Assembly: GCA_965235115.1 (NCBI GenBank)
Contig: OZ249445.1
Span: 13,888,001 to 13,921,000 of the forward strand
Length of the DNA: 33,000 bases
Direction of reading: 5' to 3'
DNA from: Laetmonice hystrix
Taxonomy: Eukaryota
Shown here in pieces: positions 1-13,436 of this stretch (the first letter of the stretch is position 1; each line of letters starts with the position of its first letter). Made by a program: the position numbers and the translations under genes. The notes under the pieces are model-generated. The model was not told the DNA's origin. It did not search any database and saw nothing but the letters and a program-made list of their open reading frames with translations.

Positions 1-3000
1 CGTCATCGTCTGTGGGGCAGAGGAGCGCGCGTCAATAAAGCCGGGGAGTTATTGGTTGGGACCGTGCACAGCGGGCTCCGTGTGATTCCAACCTTAGACT
101 GGTCAGTCCACAGTGGGACCCCCCGGCCCACAATCTGACCGGACTCGACAAATCTGGATCTCTCCATGTTGATGAGGTATCAATCCCAGAGCCTTGGTGT
201 GGAGACAGATGAGGGCCGCCGGGGGGCTTGGTGCACTGTCCCGATATAGGGTCGGCCTTCTTAACACGAACATTCACTTTGCCATTTATCCATAGAGACT
301 GTTTCTGAGAAAACCTTCATTCGTTGTTCTTGAATTCGAAGTTGGTTGGTAGACCGCCAGTTTACAGCACTGACATTATCATATTGGTAGAGTACCTTGG
401 ATACTGGCCTTTACTCCCACCCTTCCCGTCCATGGTATATTCTCCTGATACTGGCTTGGCTGATTGTACAAGAGGCTCATTCTCATACATCGTCTGTTCC
501 ATATACAATCACCATTATATAATAGTGTGGTCAGGAAACGGACATTTTTACTTTGAAACTAGAGAAACCTTCATAATTACAGGCGCCCCCACAGCAACAA
601 AACCAGTATCAGTCATTCTCCCGGTCATCTAAATGTAAAACAAGTCTACAGATACATTCTACTCTGTGTTTTCAACGACTGACTGCATGGAGGGAATTGA
701 ATTCTTCACCACTGCTCGTGGACTGATAGAAGGGGGCGTTGGCAGCTGACAGAATCACTGAGAACCATTGATCACACTTCCTGCATGGCTCCGTTCCCTG
801 CTGAATGATGAGCACTATAGTCTGATTACATTGGTAAATGAGCAATCGATAGATCAATGCTCGTCCCCAGAGCATACTTCGTCTCACCAACTCCTTTCTC
901 AATGCGAGCACAACTCTTTCCCTGAACCTAAACCTAGCCCGACACTTCGCCACCTACTAATCTATCAAAGTGTACACGGTCGTCCTAACGGACTTGAAAA
1001 TACATATTGAGTCACACAGATAAAAACAATGGCTAGATTGCTAGGATTTTAAAACCTTTTCCCTATTCGATAGATGACGATGTATCCTATGTTTTACAGG
1101 ACTCTGATGCAACTTGACTCGAATTGTATCGTGTACGATTAGAAAACATTATAGTAAGCCAAGCGCACCTGACACTATGCCGTCTCAGTGTATCCAATCA
1201 CAATGTATGACTGTTAAACTGGGACGAAAGTTATTATGACAGACAAACCTTGACAGCTCTGACACCGACTTGATTTGTCATCCGACGACATATACGACAC
1301 GTAACAGGATGCCCCCATCAAAACAATCAGAATGTGCCTGGTTCAAACTCTACAATATGCCACCAGAATTAAACAAAACATATCAAAATGTGGAGAACAA
1401 CCTCTTGATAGGGCAAAATGAAAGAAAACCTAGGGTGTGGTGTTATTGTCAAACACCACGCACTTGCTGACCCTAGACGGGGGACTGAGACGTTGTTATT
1501 ATAATAATGGTTATCGATTACCGATTAACCTGGATGGGCTCCGAACTGTAAACACGTATATCTTTTCGATTACCCGACCTGGAGTAGGCCGGGGTTTCTT
1601 TAGTTCGGTCGGTTCACTATTGGCACCAACAGTCGGTAGCAGACTGCAGGTCCTGGTTCTGGTATCAACCCTGCTGAAGCAACGACCCATACCCCTCGAC
1701 CACCTGTCATCACAGGTGTTCTGACGACAGGTGTCACCACCTAACCGGACATACTATAGTTGACCTGCTGACCACTGTCGCCAAATATTACAGGCTGGGA
1801 CATGTCAGGGGTCCGCAAACTAACCGATGTTATCATCATCCTAGCTGACAATGTACCGGGTTTCTCATTCTCATATTTGCATTACAGACTACATGTAGAT
1901 CTGTCAGGATCCCAGTTTGGTTCCTCCACTAATTTCGGGCCCTGGTTGAACTCCAAGTATAGATCTGTTAACAAAATAGAGCTCCGCTAATCAGCGATGG
2001 GGTTACAAAGGCACGACTTGACCATCCTAAGTACGTGAATAGACTGATGGACTACGACTATGAGCCTCACCAACTGGATACTAAGTACATTTAAGGACAC
2101 GAGGAATATAGCCATGTCTAACACTCACATATGGACACATCTCAACCATCCTTACATATCTACCAATGCGTAGAGTAATTCCATTTGCCGAGCTGCTGAT
2201 GGTCAAATTCTCCGCCTCAACCCTCTTTGTCAAGGTTCTAAAACAGCGCAAATCTAATGTGTCAGCACAATAGAGATATCAAAGTCCGTTTATACGAGTT
2301 AGACAGCCCGGTCGGTGGGAAATATCAATTTAAATACCACCAACTGTCTGGCAACTATTAACCGCACGGTCGGTGCACTAGAGCGAATAGTTTTCGAATA
2401 TCAAAGCATTTACATCAACCAGTGCTAAACACAAGTGGGCCTCACTTTAACTGACGAATGCGTGCAAACATTTCGATAATATGTACCGTTAGACCAATTG
2501 GTTAGAATCTTTTGGATTTTGCTTTTAAAATTAGAAAGAAAACAAACTTCTATCTGGGGTGATTTATAGGAAAGACGATACACGTACATGTATATCAATT
2601 GCACCATATCAAAGGGAGACAGCTTCATCTAATATCTACAGTCTATTCTGGTCACAGCACAGACTAGCAGCTCAACTACCTATTGACACACCGTGAGTCA
2701 TGGCCATCATAAAATGAAATATTTACATTCAATTTTCGTTACCATGACCACAGTTAATATCTTGTTGCAAATTGTTTAATGGCTGACTGCCCATAGCTAG
2801 AAAATCTAGGTCATCCTGAAAACAAGATTACTCCGGCCAAATCAAGATGTACCGGTAACTCGCTGCTTTATCTGATTATTTTTCTCAGTCACAAAGATTT
2901 TACATGCTCACATTTAGGAGTTCTCATAACAGACGTTTCTATATAAATTTAGGTTACAGCTGATGTTTACAGGTAGCTTGCCAACCAGTGAAACGTTCCA

Positions 3001-3065
3001 ATAAAGTAACTACCACTCCTCCATGTTAGCCGACCCTTTCTGATTCCTTCATCCACACCCCATTC

Positions 3066-3481
3066 CAGGGTTCCCGCCAGGAGGGTAAAGGGGTAAAATC
3101 CCCTGCCCAAAAAATCCTAGGGTAAAGATACGTACCCCAAAAATAAAGTGATTTGTTTAAAAAACATTTGAATACAAAAGACTGCTGTGTTCTTAAAGAA
3201 TAAAACACTCTTAAAATGGTATCAAATATGGGTCGAAACATAACTGTTAGCCTCTCTCATAACAGACCAGTCTCTCACAGATGTCATCCTACCCGAAAAT
3301 GGCTTAAAAAGGGCGACAGTTGACCTGTGCTTTTCTCGACTCACCTGCCGGGTAATCGCGTCTAACGGGATCTAAAAATCCAGATTTTTCTGGAGGAGGC
3401 TCCCCGGACCCCCGTCGAAGCGGACGCCTATCACTGCCGCATTGGTCCGTGCCCAAACAATACTTTCTGGCGGAAACCCTG
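3066..3481. mobile_element. Non-autonomous hAT-like DNA transposon (MITE), 416 bp
   Basis: Left end CAGGGTTCCCGCCAGGA (3066-3082) and right end TTCTGGCGGAAACCCTG (3465-3481) are inverted repeats matching at 15/17. CAGGG...CCCTG termini are typical of hAT elements. GGGTAAA occurs three times just inside the left end (subterminal repeats). No transposase ORF. The 8-bp flanks (CCCCATTC / CCTCCCTC) match only 5/8, so the target-site duplication is degenerate or absent. Confidence 0.7.
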
Positions 3482-6170
3482 CCTCCCTCGAATCTCACCT
3501 CATCTACTCCTATTTTGTTTGTTTGTTCGAAACGCCCGCTGCAGCTATTATAATAAGATCATTAATCACTATTGTATTATTTCTACATGTTGCTCATTGG
3601 TATTCTACACCTGTAACACGAAGAAAGGGGAAAGTAAGAAATCTATTCAGTAACTAAAGAACTTCCTAGTGACAGAGAAAGTCAAAATAAAATATCCGAC
3701 CAACCTTCATTTATCACCATGAGCTCAGATTAAGGTGTTATTACGTAGTACCTTTCTGAGTTCCTACCTTCTGTGGGCAAACATTACTAAATACCCAACC
3801 TGGGGGTGAGCGGTCTGGCAGGCAAAAGGTTAATTGGTGCAGTAGCTCCGTTAATTGGCACAGGTCATCAGAACAGGTCATGGACAAGGCCTGAGTCATT
3901 TCTCCAAAGTGCACCACCGTTAACGACTCTCCACGCCACACCTGAGGCCCCACGGACAAGAGGTGATGAGACCTAGTCATTTCATCTCGACATTAAGGTG
4001 TAACAGGATACTTGCTAATTGAGTCCATCTACATTGAGGCCGGAGCCCTCGCCTCAATGCCATAATGATTAACAACCAGCGTAATCAATACGTCGCTTTT
4101 GGACAATCAATTATATGGCATGTCAATATTACTACAACAGAAACCACATATTTAGATTCCCTTTTCAAACATTAATATTGGATTTTGATCTCTGATAATA
4201 TTGGCTCCACGATGAATGTTTCTAGGGTAAAAAAGTACATGGATGTGTATACAGAATTGTTTTTCTCTTTAGATCACAAGTGTTCGTGTCGCACAATTAA
4301 ATGGATACTATAGGAAAGAACATGACAGAAAGTGAGAACATTTCGTTGTCTGAGGGAAATGGTGGATCCATTATACATCAGGATAACAGTAAGCCATTAC
4401 GGATGGACGCTATGATAAAATAGAAGGCAAGCCCACGACAACCACTGCCTTGGTTTTTCCGTCGATGATGATGTATACCTCTCAGAATAACACGACATTG
4501 AAATGTCAAACGTCGAGGATCTTCTGTTTTCTCCCAGCCATAAAAAGCTAGAAACACTTCAAGTACAGACAAGCCAGAAAAAAAGACCTGCCTCTATTTA
4601 TAACAACGACCATATGTAATTGTTGCCTCATGCGACAGTCGAATAAAAGCATGGCGAGGATTTACGACCGCAAAAAGGCAGGCTAGATTTTTTTAGTGAG
4701 CTAACAAAAGCTGGTGGCCGGTGTTAGTTTTCTGTGGCGCACTAAAACATCTTTGCTGGGGAGCAGAGTGACCGCCTTAATGCCAAAGCCTTTGTGTTTG
4801 ATCAGGGAGAAAAAGGAAACCTCCACTTCATTATGAGGCAAGTGCAGCACACCAAATTCATAAGACAGTTTGACCGACATTTCCACAACGTTGCACATGT
4901 ATCCTTACAATAATTCTCTTACCTCGAAGTTAAACCGTTACTGGGAATAATAAAAAAGGGGGAAACGACTTGCAATACTCCGACCGACATGGCAAGACCC
5001 AATGCAAGGAAACCTTTAACAGCCCTCTGAACATGATGAAGATTGCGCGATTTCCTGACATTAATTTGAACCCTACATATTCATGTCCAACTGGCAACAG
5101 ATGTGCCTGAAAGCCATACAGTCCGTCTCACAATAAAAACAGGGCAAAGGTGAGGCTTGAGATATTAGCTCTCCCGGGCTTACAATAGGAATACAACCCC
5201 TAGTCCTTCATTCACCACATGATCCTGTTGACACCAACATGACAGATACAGAATGTAACACAAGGAAACTGAACTTCAAACACCTTCCTCCTCTACCTGT
5301 CTCCACGGTAAGGTTTCTGTACTGCTGACAGATTTTATACCTCTCCTCTTTCCCCTTCGTAACTGATACTTTCTGGTTTTGTCCTCAACCACGACGGATC
5401 TAGATCATATACATTGTGACTTGTATAACTCTGTACAACATTCTGATAACTTCACAAGGCCTTGGCCGGTATATATCCTGCATCCATTCTTAAACATTGA
5501 TTACCGTTTGCTCTTAAATGTTTTGGCTATGATGTAATCATCCATTAACTTACTTGGAGACATACATCTCTACCTAACTGGCATGGAGGGAATCAGACCT
5601 TCACAAACGTATTTCTTCCTCGGGAGTAACTACTTCAATCGAGTGAACAGTTTCTACAATTCTTGAAGACCAACTTCCTTTAGCTGATGTACTACTGAAT
5701 GTAGCCTAGTAATATACTGGTACCAAGCGCTCTTGACCTCTGACCTTGCCTTAAGGTGGATGTGTCTGGCCTCATTTAGCAGACAACACACACACATGGA
5801 CGACAACCATTAGATGTCAAACATATCTAATGTACGTTGTTGATTGTCTATATATGCGGAAACTGGGGTGAAAGGTGACGTTGTGCCATACACTATGATC
5901 CTGTGTGTCAATGGTCTGATGTCATACTGGGGCATGCTGCCGGTCTATTATTGCTGGCCATCCATGGCCAGTGCCGGACGCTGTACAATAACTGATTGGG
6001 ACCCAATGATAGGGGAGATCTAGTTGGGATGTTAGACCCTGGCTATATGTAAATGTATGTATGGTAAAATTGTTGTGCTATGCTGCCAGTGCTATGCAGG
6101 TCTGACCCCAAAAAAACCAGCTTAAAATCCCATTTACGTTCACTTGCGAACTGCACTGATCGACGAGAAG

Positions 6171-6185
6171 ACTACTACTACTACT
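6171..6185. repeat. (ACT)5 microsatellite
   Basis: ACTACTACTACTACT read directly. Confidence 0.9.
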
Positions 6186-8997
6186 GACTGAATCGATGAG
6201 TCAACATGAAATCACAAAAATTATCAAAACGGATCAACGTTTTGATAGGAACCGGTCATTCCTCCCATACCTATTGCCATCAGTCTCGTAACAATGGCGA
6301 CATGAGGTGCCCTAACTAAAACCAAACCATCATCTAACCCGACAGGGCCAAGCCCATTAGGAGTCGCCGGTGCCGACTTACTTCCATTGGAATGGCATGG
6401 AACAAGACAGCTCAATACCAGGGTGTCTACCTGTCACCCCGCGGGTCACAAACTCCCGGCCCACGTGACTGTCTGACGGATCGACCCACCCGATTAGTTG
6501 ATCAATCACCTCCTGAAAGTCAAGACTCTTCAACCTCGCCGGGTCTCAAATGACCAATCAGGATGCCTTCCGTAATTTATTCATGGAAAGGTCGAAAGTC
6601 GGCATGAAGGGGATAAATGTTGCCAATAACAGTCGAGTCTGATGTTTGCAGTAACACTCACAGCCGTAATGAGGACTCGGTCCTCTCCCAATGACGGCCC
6701 GTTTCAGTCACCTTTAGGCTTTCTGTAATCTATTCCCACAATACCATACCTCATTCTTTTCATTACTAGCGACCATTAGCGAAATTTATTATTTACATTT
6801 CCGAACTGTTAGATTTACTGGGCACACTGTGACACTGTAACCTATATATCTCCTGTGACGGATTGGTTGTAACCATTGTAGCTAAAGTTAGCATGTTTTA
6901 GATTAAAAAGATTAACAATTTAGGTATATAATTGCGGCAACATGTGTGCCAAAAAAAGATCCAAACTAATTGCACCTAGACCTTTACCGATGTTTTAACC
7001 ATGTACCAACCGTAGCTTTTTAATAGTGACTCAATCATTTCAACGTATTTAATCAAATCGAAATGTAAACGGTCATACAACGATTCAAACATCGTAAGAT
7101 AAATTCAAACTCGCCATGCACACCTTATAAATGGTTCATACACTGTGATTGTCTGTGAATGGCCGACTGAATCGATGGTTCAATGGACGGGGAGACTGAC
7201 TGAATGTACTTGTACCAACTGGATCTCAACTGTTGTATCCGAATGAATGATAAATCTCAACGCTGTACCATTCTAACCTCTAACATTTAGAGTATTTATC
7301 TGGCAGCTGAAAACAAGCCGCCAGGAGCCTGGGTGTGAGGGCAGTCCTGGTGGTGTGGGATTCATGGGAAAGTGAGCCACACTGCCCGGCTATCGGTTTG
7401 TAATGACGGGATGACACAGGAACCATATTAATATTTGTACTGGCCGACATGGGACTGATGGCGAGCCGTCCCTTGCCTGCCATGATCGTATGTTTAGTGT
7501 TATATTAATATATCCCCGGTATACACAGGGTGTCCTAGACCTGGGGCAATCGTACAGGGCAATGTACCGCAAGAGGTAACCGAACGCATTTCACAATTAT
7601 AATATTTCATTCAGGACCTGAATAAACCCCGTGGGCGGGTATAGCAGTTAGGAGAAGCCGAAGTGTATTTTTCTGCTTTGTTGCCGCCAAATAAAATTTC
7701 TTCTCATGACGACTACAAAGATCATAATACCGTTGCCAGACAACCGCCCGTTTTTATGCTAATACACCTATGTATATAGAACACTCCATGGACATGATCG
7801 ATCATTTTGTCTAGTTCTGCTCAAATATACGTTTTTACTTCCAATCCTTATATCTCTCATTTACAGTTCAGAATGGGACGGTGGATAATGGCAGCCTCAT
7901 CATTTACTACTTCCCATGGGCTCGAGGACAGTGTCCCGTCCAGGGCCAGCACAGAGCCACATATACAAGTTAACAAGTTCCCGGAGAGTTGACCACGCTC
8001 TCCAGACAAAGGGACCAGTCCTGGGGCCACCACGTACAGCTCAGTCATGCCCTAGTATTATGAAAGGACCTTTTATATCCCTATTCATTCTTTTTTCTCC
8101 CTCGGTTTTTGTATTACTTGTGTCAGTGAGAATTCATATCGTATGAATCCATATTATGGATGGTTATGTCCTGATGGCATTTGTTTTCCTGGCTAGATTG
8201 TAGAGTGAGTTTATGCTAGACGTGAACATGACTTTCAGTGATGAATCATTGCTGTGTTTATGATGTGTATGTTATTATAATAATTACCACTGCTATCTCG
8301 TGCAATATGCCGACGTATGGTCCTCAGAAATGGCCGTCTGCCAGCGGCCGCATACATGACAAATAATTGTTTGTCAATAAACAAACATTACATCAACTTG
8401 TGTGCAATAAGCTAATACATAATACGTATCTATTAATATCTGTGGTAAAACCAAGCCAATCACTTCTAACATCAATATCAATATATTCCGGAGTAATTAC
8501 TACCCATTTACCATTGTGGTAACAAGTTAATTGGTATTTACAAACTGGTCTGGCAGACTGGTGTCGTGTCAACAAACCATTGGTGTGTGTACTGGCTACT
8601 GTCAGACAGTCTGATACCATTGATGATTATAAACGATATTATCCGGAAAGTTTCCTCCTTTTCATTTCCACTTTAACCTCTAACGGACGGGCAAAGCGGG
8701 AGATAACTACGGACACTAGCTCTGATCTTATCTGAAACGTATCTCTCCTTACTGAAGGAATGTCATTCGTAGGAAGTTTACATTGTTATACCATGGCATA
8801 GCAAACAAATGACTCATTAAATATTTAGTATCCACCTAAAGTTTATAACTAGTCAAAGCGATCAGATGGTCATACTCAACCCAAACGTTGAGCGAATTAT
8901 AATCCTTTGTTCTCCATAATCTCCTTAGCAATCTTCCCTTTAACATATATGTCCCCATACTACCCCTGCTTCCTTATTTACTCTCCACCTATTCTCC

Positions 8998-9035
8998 CAC
9001 CTGGGCTACTGACCACCTGAGCCACTGACCACCTG
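8998..9035. repeat. 16-bp period degenerate tandem repeat (about 2.4 copies)
   Basis: CACCTGGGCTACTGAC (8998-9013) and CACCTGAGCCACTGAC (9014-9029) match at 14/16; a third CACCTG starts at 9030. Confidence 0.75.
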
Positions 9036-10209
9036 TGGTCGATTTGTTCACGTCAATACTAAGGAGCGGCCAGACGGCGTCGATGGCGAGTGACCTCATC
9101 CTATTCACCACTGACCGGTCACTCCACCTGCTGGTCAGCGTGTAGAACTAGGAATCAGCCTACTGATCAGCGGGTCACAACAAACCCTGGTGGGGAGGGG
9201 CGATCTTCTGACCTCTTGACCTTCTCATATATACAAAACATACGTGAACCTACCTAAATACAAGTCACTTCTGTAGACAATGCTTCCTGATACATCCTGG
9301 TTTTAGGCAGGAACAACAAATATTAAAACTAGACTGATTGCCAGCGAGCAGCACCTGCTGACATTCCATACAGCCAGTCCTGTCACAACGAGGTATTTTT
9401 ATCCCGGACACTGCCAGTGAAAACATTCCCGTGGGGCTGGCCTACCTTCCGACCGACCCACGGACATGTTCTGTCCGCCTCAAACACACAACATCACGGC
9501 AAGCTCCCCCTTACCTTTCTGCTATTCCCAAACTGTCCTCTGTGATAGCACGAGTCCCCAGGACATCTACGTAAGCCACACTTGACAAAAGGTACCGCTG
9601 ACAGGTATCTCCGATATGCTAGGTGTACGTAAGTCCAAACTGATTAACATTCTCAGATCCTGGCGACGATCCAGTGTGTGACTCTGTATGTATGTGTGCG
9701 TGACTGTATCCGTGACCAGGAGCCGGGCAGGAATGCCTGTGACCTGGCTGGGCTGAATTACACAGCCTACAGGTAGGTGACCTACATACCACGGCTGGTC
9801 AGGTGGCCTGTGTTAGGTGTGCTTACCAACTCCCAACCACACACAGGAAACTCCCTGTCATGCTTGCTGTCACCTTACAACTGCTGCCTGTCACACACTT
9901 GGTGTAAAGCTGTCCTTAATGAAATCATCGTGCCTTGATAATGACATCATGCCATATACCTTGCACGGTCTACTCTACTTTCGGTGAGACCCACTGTTAC
10001 GGGGCGACATACTTTCTATTTGATGATACATTTTTATTATTTTCAATCGAAGTACAATATGTCCTCTTCAACCCCGTAACCAATAACCATGTCTTTTATT
10101 GTGGTATTACAACAAAGGTACTGCAGGGACACCATGGAATCGTCCCTTGGTGACTTATGTTCCGGGTGGCAGGTCGCCAACCGGACGTGTGCATCACCTG
10201 GTGTCAGTT

Positions 10210-10223
10210 CCCCCCCCCCCCCC
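10210..10223. repeat. Poly-C homopolymer (14 nt)
   Basis: Read directly. Confidence 0.95.
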
Positions 10224-12981
10224 GGGTTGCCCACTATACCATTTTACCCACACCTTTGTATACACCTGAGAGACAATGATCAACGTATCGAGACACATAC
10301 ACACATATACAATAACATATTTCATTACGCACAGCTGTTCCCTCCAGGTCGATTATGAATGCATATAAAACATTTAGTTGTCCGCCAGACTGCCAAGTAT
10401 ATTTTGTCCCGTACTTGTTGGCGTGAGATACCCCCATGTCATAAAAACCCCCCAGTACGGTTTTATAACCCTGTCTGAAGGTGAGACAGAATGCGGGCCG
10501 CTCGACCTCTCCACCGTCGACCGGCGGCAGGAGGTGGTGAGTGTAGCAGTGTGAGAGGTCCACCTCACTTTGTTGTCACTCAGGTGTCACCGAGACCCTC
10601 GAGGGATCAGGGCGCTGGGCTCGCCTTGACCACTCACCCTGTCAGTACGACAGGAATCTTCTCCCGAGCTAACCCCACATGTCCTTCTAAACCGACCCAC
10701 TCCACCTGAGGTCAAACCAACATGTCTTTGTTGTCCTCCGTGCGATTCAACATGCTCAAATACCTGAAGCAATCTTCATCCGATAGTTTTCCTGTGGGAT
10801 ACGTTATTATCTTTAAACATTAGGTAACTATTTTTATCTGGATTTTCTGTTGTCTTTTTATCGATGTAGCAGTATCTTAGATACAGTGATGTTCCTAGGA
10901 TTTTGACGACGTTGTTATATCGATATAGACCATCAGATCATGTTGCTGTGGCTGTACATGAAAAGATCAAGTCACTCTCGCGACTACCACGCCACCTGTC
11001 GACCGCTAGGCAAGATTTCGATGGGGAATTTTTAACCTAAGCCTCGTGATTGACAGCAGGAAAATTAGCCGTTCACCAGGCAACCTATTTCGGATTTGTT
11101 TATTTAGATCGTTTTGCATTGGTTGGCATGCGCCTTCCTCGTGATGCTTTTGTCCTTCTCTTGCCAAAATGTCAGCGATTTTCGAAGACTTTCTCAGAAC
11201 CTCTGCTTGAGTTGTAACTCTCTAACTGTGCCTGTTAATCGAAGAACAATCTTGATGCTTTCCGCCAACTTTTTTGATGCATTGCATTTTCGTGTTTCAA
11301 CGTTACGCAGCTTTTAACATTGCAGTATTTCACCTGGGAATCTTTAAGACGTAGCCTCTCAGGCAAGCACGATTGGAAGTGCCATATTTCACGAATAAAA
11401 ACAAAGACATCAATCAAAGAAACCGAGCGGTAATAAAACAACGTAGTCGGACAAAACTGACGTCGCTCCACTTCTTTGACCAGTCCTCATGACAGATGCC
11501 TGTTACTTTGATCTGGAACATTCGATCAAGTCAGCTTTAAATGCTGTCTAACATGTCTCTTGCGTTCACATGAGAACATCCAAAATGAGGTCCATTTTCA
11601 GGAGACTAATTTGGTCCACTACCTACGTCTATGTAGGACCAAACCAGTACGTTCTGGGCAGAATAAAACGACGTGTATGCAACAAGAGTATGCGAAGTAA
11701 ATATGTCTGATCAAAAAACGACCCAAATTCCTATGCAAACGTCATGGCTAGACTGTCCGTATCACTTATGTGCATGGGGCCAGATAGGTTCCTTCCCCCT
11801 CGCAATATTGCTGCAGGCTAATGGCCTGCCGCTTGGATAACACATGCGATGATTCCTGCACATCGGCTCCTCCAAATTAATTCACCATCTCGCCGAGCCG
11901 AATCAGTGTCCCTGCCCCGCGCCTACCCTTGAGATTTTGTGCAAACGAAGACAAACCGATACCTCATCTCGGAGGAACATGTCGGACAATCAAATCTGCA
12001 GCACCAATGATAGGTGGAGATTGGTTGCTCGACTGGCCAGCTATGAGTGCGGGCTAACAGAGTCAGACCCACGGACGATGACAGTCGGGGACCGTCCACT
12101 GGACCCAGGCTCTCCAAACTCCCATCCCACCCCGCCAGGTGTATCATGGAGGCACGACCCCTTCAAATACTGCTGGATGTATGTACCGGCATTACAACTG
12201 GCCTTGCCTTCTAATTATCTATCAGGGATGGCAATCCTTGCTTGACAACCATCAAACTCTTGATAACCTTCAACAATCATACGATTAACAACCACAGAGG
12301 GCGAGATCAAAGTACCAGGACATGTTTCTTGATCTACTAAACTACACAACCTGACATTGCACAGCAGATAAATACACAGTAACATCAAAGCCTTAATTAC
12401 TGGATGAGCCAATCTGTCTTGTACCGATAATGCACCACCTCGGAACTGCTTGTTTTCATAACCCGAGGCGGATACTTCAACCATGTAGATCAACCCGCCC
12501 TTTCCTGCCTGTTTACCATCAGACAACAAGAACGAATATCATTTCAGTACCAACATCAACGGCAAAATGTCCAGTGGCCCTAATCAAGCTAAAGCTTCTC
12601 ATGATTCAGTACACATTTCGCGATGTGTTTGTCCTGTGGAGAACCTTGAAATTGTTATTACATTCAGATGAGTCGGGGGCCCTTTGTGCCATAGAAATAA
12701 TATTGACTTCCCGACGTCCATTCTTCCATATTCAGACACTGATAATAAAAGATAGAATAATATCCTCATCAAAAGGCCAAAAGGAGAGCACCCGGACGTG
12801 GCTATAAAAGGCACGGCTTAGCTCAGGTCCGTCTGTGGTATGACCTTGGACAATAGGGGTCAATGGGAGGCTTCATGCTTGAACGGATCTCTAACTGTCT
12901 GTCTGAGAACGCTCGGTCAGGCAAACAGCGCTCTTAATCTGTGACAAATCGTCCGCATCTAGTCCGCTAACTCCCGGCACA

Positions 12982-13001
12982 GGGATGGGGAGGGGCGGGG
13001 G
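12982..13001 (+). other. G-quadruplex-forming motif
   Basis: GGGATGGGGAGGGGCGGGGG: four runs of at least 3 G with loops of 1-2 nt. Folding is inferred from the motif only. Confidence 0.6.
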
Positions 13002-13041
13002 TGACTGATACTAAATGAGGCTGGGACGTCAGAAAGGGTGT

Positions 13042-13265
13042 TTGGTGGCCGATGACTCTGGGATTGTGGAGGGGTTGGTTGGTGGCCGATTGGTTCGGGC
13101 CCAGGGAGGGGATAATTAGTGGTCAATGGTTCCTGGCCCAGGGATGGGATAGCTGATGGCCCATAGGTCTGGACCCAGGGAATGGATGGTTCATGCCCGG
13201 GATGGTGAATGGTGGCCCACGAGTCGGGGGTGTTGGGAAGGGGGTGAACGGTGGCCCATGGGTCT
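13042..13265. repeat. Degenerate 37-bp G-rich minisatellite (4 clear copies plus 2-3 decayed)
   Basis: Units start at 13042, 13079, 13116 and 13153. TTGGTGGCCGAT recurs at 13042/13079 and G(G/A)CCCAGGGA at 13098/13135/13172, all 37 nt apart. Adjacent units match at 24-28 of 37 positions by hand alignment. GTGAA(T/C)GGTGGCCCA recurs at 13205/13244 (39 nt apart). Confidence 0.75.
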
Positions 13266-13412
13266 TGGCTTTGGATGTGGTACCGTAATGGTCACTAGGG
13301 TGAAAGTAGATGATGTAAAGTTGGTCTGGCAGTGTTGAGTGATAGGTGTCCCCAAGGTTTCGGATTTGGGATTCGGGGTACCAGACTGAGCAGCCTAAGA
13401 TGGGGTGTGTGT

Positions 13413-13436
13413 GGGGGTGGGGGTGGGGGTGGGGGG
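13413..13436 (+). repeat. (GGGGGT)3GGGGGG tract, G-quadruplex motif
   Basis: Four runs of 5-6 G separated by single T, read directly. Confidence 0.75.

Noticed and set aside
324-1010. ORFs 324-632, 672-953 and 768-1010 as genes
   Set aside because: No recognisable domain, overlapping on opposite strands, lengths within chance expectation.
7325-7375. Collagen-like G-X-Y run (GCE GSP GGV GFM GK)
   Set aside because: Only five triplets, followed by a stop; plausible splice sites do not give a multiple of 9 nt; no other collagen-like exons in the window.
10234-10772. Overlapping ORFs and consensus donors around 10400-10770
   Set aside because: Candidates on both strands are mutually inconsistent and match no protein I recognise.
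11937-12807. ORFs of 102-125 aa as retroelement or gene fragments
   Set aside because: Only vague echoes of protease/RT words in different frames; no catalytic motif (e.g. YADD, DTGA) present.
13156-13338. ORF and Pro-rich antisense frames over the G-rich array
   Set aside because: Explained by base skew; the 37-nt period breaks the reading frame.
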